A stretch of 64,000 nucleotides of DNA. It comes from an uncultured Candidatus Saccharibacteria bacterium. Its GTDB lineage: Bacteria; Patescibacteriota; Saccharimonadia; Saccharimonadales; Saccharimonadaceae. The notes below the pieces were generated by a model. That model was not told where the DNA came from and made no database searches. It worked only from the letters and a program-made list of their open reading frames with translations. Shown piece after piece: positions 56,724 to 64,000 of the stretch; the stretch's first letter is position 1; each line of letters starts with the position of its first letter. The stretch lies in assembly GCA_963519435.1 (NCBI GenBank), contig CAUQMT010000003.1, positions 48,516 to 112,515 of the forward strand, written 5' to 3'. The position numbers and the translations under genes were made by a program.

Positions 56724-57710
56724 ATGATTGATACAATACTATGCGACGAAAAAGCTGCCTGGGACAAGATTGTTGCTAGGTTTGGCGGGCACCCGCTGCA
56801 GCTCTGGGGATGGGGAGAAGTAAAAGCGGCGCACAATTGGCGCGTTCAGCGAATTACTATAGTTGACGGCAACGAAACAATTGGCGCTGCGCAAATATTA
56901 CTGAGAAACCTGCCTAAACCGCTTAATCAATTAAGCTACATTCCGCGCGGGCCAGTTTACAAACAAGGTAGAGAAGACGATGTCTTGACGGCAATTGTTA
57001 ATTACGTTAAGCATAATCTGCCATGCGCTGCGCTAACTATCGAGCCAGATACTGAACATCCGCTCCGCGCCAAAGGTTGGCGCCAATCGCCAAACAATAT
57101 TCTGCTATCGCGTACTTTGATTTTGGATTTGACTCATACAACCGACGAACTATTGGCCGCGATGACCAAAAAAACCCGCCAGTATATCCGTAAATCTGGC
57201 CGGGCTGGACTTGATATCAAACCGGTAAAAACGCACCAAGACATCGCTGCTTGCCTCGAAATTTACCGCCAAACTGCTAAACGCGCTAAATTCGCTCTGC
57301 ACGACGACCAGTATTATTACGATATTCATGACAAACTAGGGGAGAACTCGCAGATTTTTGCTGCTTACGAAGACAATCGCCCGGTATCATTTCTTTGGCT
57401 GGCGACTAGCCGCGAAACTTCATTCGAGCTATACGGCGGTATGAACGATCGCGGCCAAGCCTTGCGCGCTAACTACGCGCTAAAATGGCACGCTATCGCC
57501 GAATGTAAGCGGCAGGGAATTAAGCGCTACGACATGAACGGCCTGCTCAACGACGGTGTTAGCAACTTCAAGCGCGGTTTTGCTAGCCATGAGAATAAAT
57601 TAGCCGGTACTTATGATTATCCAATGAGTCAATTATACCCAGTTTGGCGGTATGGGTTACCGCTAGCTAAAAGAGCTATCCGCAGCACCAAAAAATTACT
57701 TGGTAAATAA
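56724..57710 (+). CDS. FemABX-family peptidyl transferase
   Basis: HPLQLWGWGEVK; YIPRGP; IEPD; TRQYIRK; NYALKW; FKRGF. Confidence 0.88.
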   Translation: MIDTILCDEKAAWDKIVARFGGHPLQLWGWGEVKAAHNWRVQRITIVDGNETIGAAQILLRNLPKPLNQLSYIPRGPVYKQGREDDVLTAIVNYVKHNLPCAALTIEPDTEHPLRAKGWRQSPNNILLSRTLILDLTHTTDELLAAMTKKTRQYIRKSGRAGLDIKPVKTHQDIAACLEIYRQTAKRAKFALHDDQYYYDIHDKLGENSQIFAAYEDNRPVSFLWLATSRETSFELYGGMNDRGQALRANYALKWHAIAECKRQGIKRYDMNGLLNDGVSNFKRGFASHENKLAGTYDYPMSQLYPVWRYGLPLAKRAIRSTKKLLGK

Positions 57711-58289
57711 CCGATCTATATCAACAGCCCCGCGGCGAAATATAATGATATTTGCATGCTCATCAAGGCCGATAATAGTTGACGGCTGATTATTAGTTAT
57801 AGTACCGCCATCGACATAAAAATCGACCTTGTCGCCAAAATAGGCTTTAGCTTCAGTAATTGTCGACGAAATTGGCCAGCCTGGCACATTAGCGCTAGTA
57901 GTCATCAATGGTCCAGTTTGCGCTAAAAGCCGCGACAGCGAAGGGTCGTCGGGAATGCGCACAGCCAAGTTATCTCGCGTTTGCTTGAGATAAGTAGCGA
58001 CATTATCGGCATTAATAACAACGCTAATTTGACCAGGCCAAAACTTGGCTGCTAACGATAATTGGCTAGAGTCTAGTCCTAATTTCGCCAAATCATTAAT
58101 TGAACTAGCGATTAGCGTTCCTGGTTGGCTAGCGCGCTTCTTGGTGTCGTACATTTTTTGGATCGCTGCTGGATCAGCGGCCCGTGCTACAAGTCCATAA
58201 ACTGTGTCGGTAGGCAGCACGCCAATACCGCCGCCATTCAAAATATTGATCAATTCATCATTATTAACAGAGGTAAATAGTTGTGACAT
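57696..58289 (-). CDS. tsaC: Threonylcarbamoyl-AMP synthase (Sua5/TsaC)
   Basis: PTDTVYGL; AVRIP; TTSAN; PSTII. Confidence 0.93.
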   Translation of the reverse strand: MSQLFTSVNNDELINILNGGGIGVLPTDTVYGLVARAADPAAIQKMYDTKKRASQPGTLIASSINDLAKLGLDSSQLSLAAKFWPGQISVVINADNVATYLKQTRDNLAVRIPDDPSLSRLLAQTGPLMTTSANVPGWPISSTITEAKAYFGDKVDFYVDGGTITNNQPSTIIGLDEHANIIIFRRGAVDIDRLFTK

Positions 58290-59387
58290 TTACAACGCTC
58301 CGGTCTTGTTCCAGGTGGTTTTGGCCATTGACAGGCTAGGAACCACCTCGAGAGTGTACGGATCGGCTGGAGTACTCAGTCGAGCTTGCTGATAGCCTAG
58401 CGCCGCAATCATTGCCGCATTATCAGTACACAGCTGAATCGGCGCGTACTCAATGTTAATCGGTAGTTTCTGGCGCAGTTGGCGGCGCAGTTCTTGATTA
58501 GCAGCCACGCCGCCAGCAATCACTACCGATTGCGGCTGAAAGTCCTGAAAAGCGCGCGAGGTACGCTCAACTAGCGTTTCGACGGCTACTTTCTGGAAAC
58601 TAGCTGCAAAATCGTGCTGCTGCGAACTCGTGACAAGCCCTGGTAGCTCGTGCGATGGAAAAGTGAAGTCTTTGCCTACTTCGCGCTGTATAGCCCTTAA
58701 AACAGCTGTCTTGAGGCCTGAGAACGAAAAATTGTACGGATTATCGAGCTTAGCTTTGGGTAAATGGTATTTATCAGGATTACCCGACTCGGCCGCGCGC
58801 GCAATCGACGGGCCGCCAGGGTAGGGCAAGCCGAGAATTTTGGCCACCTTGTCAAAAGCTTCGCCGACAGCGTCGTCTTGGGTTTGCCCCAGCAGTTGAT
58901 AATCACCGTGGTCGCAAAAGAGCACCAACTGCGTGTGTCCACCAGAAACAATCAAGGCCAAAAGAGGAAAGCGCGGCTGGGACTTTGGCAAGGCAAGCTG
59001 AACAGGCCCAGGTGCTTGCTCGGTAATAAAATTGGCGTAGACATGTCCCTCGACGTGATGCACCGGGTAAAGCGGTTTGCGATGTAAAATCGCTAACGTT
59101 CGCGCTGCTAGCGAGCCAATTAGCAGCGAACCAATTAAGCCTGGCGCATAGGTCACGGCGATAGCATCAATGTCGTCCCAAGTGCAGTTTGCTTGAGCGA
59201 GAGCTTCGTCGACGACTGGGCCGATAGCCTCGATATGGCTGCGCGCCGCAATTTCGGGCACCACGCCGCCAAAATGCGCGTGAATATCAATCTGCGATTG
59301 CACCACATTTGACAACATCCGAAAACCGTCCTCAACTACGGCTGCCGCGGTTTCATCGCAGCTTGACTCAATTCCCAAAACCTTCAT
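58290..59387 (-). CDS. tsaD: tRNA t6A transferase
   Basis: LGIESSCDET; HHVEGH; VSGGHT; DDAVGEAFDK; FSFSGLKT; DNAAMI. Confidence 0.97.
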   Translation of the reverse strand: MKVLGIESSCDETAAAVVEDGFRMLSNVVQSQIDIHAHFGGVVPEIAARSHIEAIGPVVDEALAQANCTWDDIDAIAVTYAPGLIGSLLIGSLAARTLAILHRKPLYPVHHVEGHVYANFITEQAPGPVQLALPKSQPRFPLLALIVSGGHTQLVLFCDHGDYQLLGQTQDDAVGEAFDKVAKILGLPYPGGPSIARAAESGNPDKYHLPKAKLDNPYNFSFSGLKTAVLRAIQREVGKDFTFPSHELPGLVTSSQQHDFAASFQKVAVETLVERTSRAFQDFQPQSVVIAGGVAANQELRRQLRQKLPINIEYAPIQLCTDNAAMIAALGYQQARLSTPADPYTLEVVPSLSMAKTTWNKTGAL

Positions 59388-59433
59388 CTACTTAATTGTA
59401 CCACCGCCAAGAGGTCGATGCTATAATATCGGT

Positions 59434-60726
59434 ATGAATTCACTCAAGAAAACTTTGAAAAAGGCCATTCCCGCTAGTTTATACCAATCAATTGAGCCAA
59501 CTTATCATCTATTGACAGCTACTGCCGCTGCTACCAAAGCTGGTTATCCAGCGCACAATATGCGCGTCATCGGCGTGACTGGCACCAATGGCAAAACCTC
59601 GACCTGCTTCATGATTCACAAAATGCTAACTGAGGCTGGCCTCAAAACAGGGTTGATGACTACTGTCGCTTACGGTGTCGGCAATGATATTACGCCGCAA
59701 GTTGCTCATATGACAACAGTTTCAGCGCCGCTGCTACAAAAACGATTAGCGGAATTCAAGAAACAAAATGTCGAATGGGTAGTTTTGGAAGTGACTAGCC
59801 ACGCGCTAGCCCAGCACCGTACCTTTGGCGTACCAATCGAGATCGCCGTCATGACTAACGTTACGCACGAACACCTCGACTATCACAGAACTTTTGAGCG
59901 CTATTTAGCTGCTAAGACCAAACTATTTAAACTAGCCAGCCGCGTCGGTATCATTAACGCCGACGACCCGTCTGCTGCAACTTTCCGCCAAGCCGTCAAA
60001 CAATCGGTCAGCTACGGCCTCAAATCTGGCGATTGGCGGGCGCAAGATATCAATTTGAGCGCCCACGGCAGTGATTACATAGCATTAATTGATGGCGATT
60101 CTTACCATATTCATGTCAATATCCCAGGCGAGTTCAATGTTTATAATAGCCTAGCAGCGGCAGCCGTTGGCCGCGAGGTTGGCTTAACCAAAACCCAAAT
60201 TGAGCGCGGAATTGCCGCTCTGGCAGGCGTAGAAGGCCGCATGACAGTGGTCGACGCTGGACAGCCGTTCTCGGCGATTGTTGATTTCGCACACACGCCA
60301 GACTCGTTCGAACGATTGTTGAGTGATGTTAGAAATACAACAAAAGGCAAGCTAGTGGTATTGTTCGGCTCGGCTGGCCGCCGCGACGAAGCTAAACGCG
60401 CCATTCAGGGCGAAATCGCTGGCAAATACGCCGATGAGATTGTCTTAACCGAGGAAGACGATCGCGATATCGATGGCAATGCCATCCTATCGCAAATCGC
60501 CTCGGGTGCTGAAAAAGCTGGCAAAAAACGCGAGAAAAACCTCTTCCTAATATCAGACCGCACTGCGGCCGTTAATTTCGCCGTCTCGCGAGTGTCCAGC
60601 TCGAAAGATACTGTTATATTCCTAGGTAAAGGACACGAAAAAACTATTGAACGCGCCGACGGAGCTCACCCTTGGAACGAAATCGAAACAGTGCGGCAAG
60701 CAATTTTGAATATTAAAGCTAAGTAG
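59434..60726 (+). CDS. murE: UDP-MurNAc-tripeptide synthetase
   Basis: GVTGTNGKTS; EVTSH; TNVTHEHLDYH; VDFAHTPD; GKGHE. Confidence 0.92.
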   Translation: MNSLKKTLKKAIPASLYQSIEPTYHLLTATAAATKAGYPAHNMRVIGVTGTNGKTSTCFMIHKMLTEAGLKTGLMTTVAYGVGNDITPQVAHMTTVSAPLLQKRLAEFKKQNVEWVVLEVTSHALAQHRTFGVPIEIAVMTNVTHEHLDYHRTFERYLAAKTKLFKLASRVGIINADDPSAATFRQAVKQSVSYGLKSGDWRAQDINLSAHGSDYIALIDGDSYHIHVNIPGEFNVYNSLAAAAVGREVGLTKTQIERGIAALAGVEGRMTVVDAGQPFSAIVDFAHTPDSFERLLSDVRNTTKGKLVVLFGSAGRRDEAKRAIQGEIAGKYADEIVLTEEDDRDIDGNAILSQIASGAEKAGKKREKNLFLISDRTAAVNFAVSRVSSSKDTVIFLGKGHEKTIERADGAHPWNEIETVRQAILNIKAK

Positions 60727-60759
60727 CGACGATTAGGGCTGAGAATGCTTCTAAGTGGC

Positions 60760-61791
60760 CTAATAGTATGATTCATGATGCCGGGCGAAGTATAATCGGC
60801 GCACTAATCGTTCGATATATCTGCTCCAAAGCCGCGACTTAATAGGCGAAACTGGAATCTCGAAAGCGCCAATATAGTCAGTGATATGCTTATTGAAGCT
60901 AGTTTTGAAGCGCCCCAGACCATAGCGCGGATGGTTTGGGTTACTCATTTCGTCAGAAGCTGGCGTACCACAGAGGTCGTGTTCGAGCGAGCCATGCTCT
61001 TTAGCCCATTTGATTACTTCCCACTGCAAGCGGTGGCTAGCGCCGTAGGCCGTACGTTTGCGAACCGAAGCGCCGTCTTTGTAGGTACTTTTGGTACCCA
61101 GAATCACCGCAAAAGCACCAGCCACCAGCTGATCTTGATAATAGGCAAAAAATAGCTGACCTTGACCGGCATCAGCATATCGCTGGTAGAATTCACGGTA
61201 GTATTGCGGCGAGCGGATCGTAAAGCCAGCACCATCGGCCGTTTCTTTGAACAAATCATACATCGCCTGGCAAGTTTCATCATTGACTGACACCTGCTTA
61301 ACAACAACACCGTCGCGATCAGCGCGGCGAATAGCGTGGCGGCCCTTTTGCGGTAAGTCCTTGAGGATTGTATCAAGATCGCTATGTAAATCAACCACCA
61401 CGGTCGAGGCATTGTATTGAATCGGCCGAGTAGGCAACAGTTCAATCATTGAAACGTCAGTACCACGCAATAATTCCGGCTCAATTTTGATAGTAAAAAC
61501 GCCCTGCTGGCGAGCAAAATCGCGCAGCACTGGCACTACCGAAGCTAACTCGCTAGCGGTTGCTACGCCCGGACCTTTCGGGATATACCATACTTTACCG
61601 AATAGGGGAATATGCTTTTCGATCGCGCCAATTGCTAACTCGCCGCAGATGATAAAACGCGGCCGCCAGTTAGCTAGCCGTTTCAAATTTAAAAAGACCG
61701 ACCCTTGCAGCATATTGCCGCGATCGCTATTACGAACCACTAGATTATCCCAGCGGTTGATTTCATCATCAGTTGCAAAACGAATAGCCAT
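60760..61791 (-). CDS. FemABX-family peptidyl transferase
   Basis: YIPKGPG; IKIEPE; RHAIRRA; LQWEVIKWAK; GLGRFKTSF. Confidence 0.88.
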   Translation of the reverse strand: MAIRFATDDEINRWDNLVVRNSDRGNMLQGSVFLNLKRLANWRPRFIICGELAIGAIEKHIPLFGKVWYIPKGPGVATASELASVVPVLRDFARQQGVFTIKIEPELLRGTDVSMIELLPTRPIQYNASTVVVDLHSDLDTILKDLPQKGRHAIRRADRDGVVVKQVSVNDETCQAMYDLFKETADGAGFTIRSPQYYREFYQRYADAGQGQLFFAYYQDQLVAGAFAVILGTKSTYKDGASVRKRTAYGASHRLQWEVIKWAKEHGSLEHDLCGTPASDEMSNPNHPRYGLGRFKTSFNKHITDYIGAFEIPVSPIKSRLWSRYIERLVRRLYFARHHESYY

Positions 61792-61800
61792 AACTATAGT

Positions 61801-61835
61801 ATAACACCTCCGAGGAGGGCTTACGGAGGTGTTAT
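61801..61835. terminator. Hairpin overlapping the femABX promoter
   Basis: ATAACACCTCCG/CGGAGGTGTTAT 12-bp IR. Confidence 0.6.
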
Positions 61836-61859
61836 CGCGTGATTAACAGAGAAAATCTA

Positions 61860-62321
61860 TTACGGCTGCGGGTTTGATAAGAAATCAATCTCTTTAATGA
61901 CATCAAGCAAAGCCTGAGCGCGGCGAGATTCATCAGCAATATCTTTGGCGGCCTCATGCGCCGGCGCAATCAAGGTTTTGTCGTCCGTCGAGCGGATCAA
62001 TAGCAGATAAGTGTCAAATTTTTCTTCGGCAGAGATGTTGAGCTTATCTACCAGCGGTCGAAGCTCTTTGATGGCTTCGTTCTTGACATTATCAAGATCG
62101 TTGTCAGCAACTGGCGTAACTGCAGCTGATGTTTTAGCCGGTTTTGGCTGTACAACTGGTTCTGGCTCCGGCGCTGGCTCTGGCGGCAAATCAGGCAGCG
62201 GCGGCAATTGTGCTGCTGGTTGTGCGCTCGTTGCGCTCGCGCCGTTACTTACGCCAGCCAAAACCTTAGCGAGATCCTGATCGTCGCTAATTGGCTGCGT
62301 TGTTTGCGGTTTTATATCCAT
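61860..62321 (-). CDS. Hypothetical protein (Pro-rich linker, helical C-terminal domain)
   Basis: 153-aa ORF; SD GAGGGTGG. Confidence 0.75.
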   Translation of the reverse strand: MDIKPQTTQPISDDQDLAKVLAGVSNGASATSAQPAAQLPPLPDLPPEPAPEPEPVVQPKPAKTSAAVTPVADNDLDNVKNEAIKELRPLVDKLNISAEEKFDTYLLLIRSTDDKTLIAPAHEAAKDIADESRRAQALLDVIKEIDFLSNPQP

Positions 62322-62410
62322 GTGCCCACCCTCTTCATTACTTTTATGCTTTATTTAGTATATACTGTATCATAGTTATAGGAAATATCGCAAGAGAAAG
62401 GTGATTTTAC

Positions 62411-63454
62411 ATGCTAGATGACTCTAATATTTTGAAGCAAAGAGACAACGGGGGCGCTCTCGAAGTTGCGGCTAAACTCTATCAACAGGCAAATTTTGAC
62501 TGCCAACTGCGCGATGCCGAGCACGACGGCCGCGAACTGCGCAACATCATCGTCGCTGGCATGGGCGGCTCGGCGCTAGCGGCCGACCTCGCTAAGTCGC
62601 TGCTCAACGACACGCTATCAATTCCGTTCGACGTCGTCAAGGACTACGATTTGCCGCATTACGCCGATCACAATACCTTAGTTATCGCTAGTAGCCACTC
62701 TGGTAACACCGAGGAAACTCTATCATGCCTCAAGCAGGCGATTGAACACGGCTGCCAAATTGCTATCATTGCTACTGGCGGAGAACTTAACGAGATTGCT
62801 CAACGAGAACATATCCTATCAGCACTCATTCCCAAAGATTGCCAACCGCGCATGGCCGTAATTTATTCGCTGCGAGCGCTATTTGAAGTGCTTAATGCCT
62901 TCAAGTTGATTGACCGCACCTACATTGACGAACTAGCAGCTATTAGCACTTGGCTAGAGAAAGAAAGCGCGCTCTGGACCAAAGATGTACCGACCAAGCA
63001 AAACTACGCCAAGCAGCTGGCCTTAATCGCTGTCGGCAAAACGCCGGTTTTCTACGGCGGTAGTTTGATGGCGCCGCTAGCTTATAAGTGGAAAATCAGC
63101 TGGAACGAAAATGCTAAAAATGTCGCTTTCTACAACTATTTGCCAGAATTCAGCCACAACGAATTTATTGGCTGGACTAGCCACCCGGTCGAGAAGCCTT
63201 TCGCGGTATTTGATTTGCTAAGCGATCTCGAACACCCGCGCATTCTCAAACGCTTCTCGCTCAGCGATCAGATGCTATCTGGCAAACGCCCGAAATCAAA
63301 TGTGGTACCGCTCGCAGGCAAAACACCGCTACAGCAGATGCTGTGGGGTTGTATTTTAGCAGATTTTGCCAGTATTTACGTGGCAATTCTCAATAATGTC
63401 GACCCGACCCAGGTTAACTTAATTGAAAAGTTCAAAAAAGCCCTCGAAAAATAA
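62411..63454 (+). CDS. Bifunctional phosphoglucose/phosphomannose isomerase
   Basis: GMGGSA; SHSGNTEETL; QPRMA; NENAK; PEFSHNE. Confidence 0.92.
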   Translation: MLDDSNILKQRDNGGALEVAAKLYQQANFDCQLRDAEHDGRELRNIIVAGMGGSALAADLAKSLLNDTLSIPFDVVKDYDLPHYADHNTLVIASSHSGNTEETLSCLKQAIEHGCQIAIIATGGELNEIAQREHILSALIPKDCQPRMAVIYSLRALFEVLNAFKLIDRTYIDELAAISTWLEKESALWTKDVPTKQNYAKQLALIAVGKTPVFYGGSLMAPLAYKWKISWNENAKNVAFYNYLPEFSHNEFIGWTSHPVEKPFAVFDLLSDLEHPRILKRFSLSDQMLSGKRPKSNVVPLAGKTPLQQMLWGCILADFASIYVAILNNVDPTQVNLIEKFKKALEK

Positions 63455-63475
63455 ACGCGCGTGGATATAAGTAAA

Positions 63476-63512
63476 AATAAAATAGACAGAATAAGCGCTG
63501 TCTATTTTATTT
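63476..63512. terminator. Bidirectional terminator
   Basis: AATAAAATAGACAG...CTGTCTATTTTATT between convergent genes. Confidence 0.7.
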
Positions 63513-63538
63513 ATCGTCTATCGGTAGAAATTCGGGCT

Positions 63539-64000
63539 CTAGTGGTATTGCCGCAGCGATTCAATAGTATTCTTGCGCGCCGCTTTCAGGGCAGGGTAAG
63601 TACCGAAAATTACGCCAGAACCAACCGCCATCAACAACGCCGCAATCGCCGTTGACCAGGTCATTGTCGGCCCAAAGCTCATTTGCGAACTAATGATCAC
63701 AGCTAACAAACAACCAACCAGATAACCGCAAGTGCCGCCTAGCAGGCTAATCATCAGCGACTCGACCAAAAATTGCCCGATAATCGTCCGCTGGCTAGCG
63801 CCAACTGCTTTGCGGATACCAATTTCGCGAGTGCGCTCAGCCACGCCAACCAGCATGATATTCATGATACCGACGCCGCCCACTACCAGCGAAATCGCTG
63901 CAATAGCTGCCATCACTGCTGTTAAAGCACTAAACAATTCACCAGTCGGCCGGCCAATATCAGCGCCACTTAGAATAGTAAAGTTGGCTTCGCCTAGGTG
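63539..64000 (-). CDS. MacB/FtsX-like ABC permease, C-terminal part (runs off window)
   Basis: ISLVVGGVGIMNIMLVGVAERTREIGIRKAVGA; QFLVES; GTYPA. Confidence 0.92.
   Translation of the reverse strand, partial: HLGEANFTILSGADIGRPTGELFSALTAVMAAIAAISLVVGGVGIMNIMLVGVAERTREIGIRKAVGASQRTIIGQFLVESLMISLLGGTCGYLVGCLLAVIISSQMSFGPTMTWSTAIAALLMAVGSGVIFGTYPALKAARKNTIESLRQYH

Noticed and set aside
58990..59020. GCAAGC/GCTTGC inverted repeat in a variable loop of tsaD
   Set aside because: Only 6-7 bp, which is expected by chance.

Overview
This is a core-chromosome segment of a small-genome bacterium, most likely Saccharibacteria (TM7/CPR). That call is an inference from gene content, compact spacing, pervasive leaderless genes and an AK-rich tail on S20. 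Housekeeping genes include efp, rpsR-ssb-rpsF, ftsK, rnj, pnp, rpsO, truB, rpsT, holA, mutM, polA, rpoD, dnaG, orn, pyrH, mscL, argS, pyrG, nrdAB, valS, tsaC/D, murE, two FemABX genes, pgi/pmi and tRNA-Ser(CGA), interrupted by small accessory islands. Three observations stand out. (1) A split ribonucleotide reductase: NrdA lacks its C-terminal redox cysteine pair, and an unannotated 57-aa ORF just downstream of nrdB ends in CEGCQ, so it could supply that tail in trans. The partner NrdB has class Ic (Mn/Fe) signatures. (2) Three single-gene cassettes have a promoter, a structured leader and a structured trailer whose 5' and 3' UTRs are complementary and loop out the ORF. The largest encodes a DUF1874/AcrIII-1-like ring-nuclease homolog. 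(3) About 100-bp palindromic elements are inserted in frame inside polA and mutM, resembling Rickettsia palindromic elements. All family assignments are from motif recognition by eye; no searches were run.
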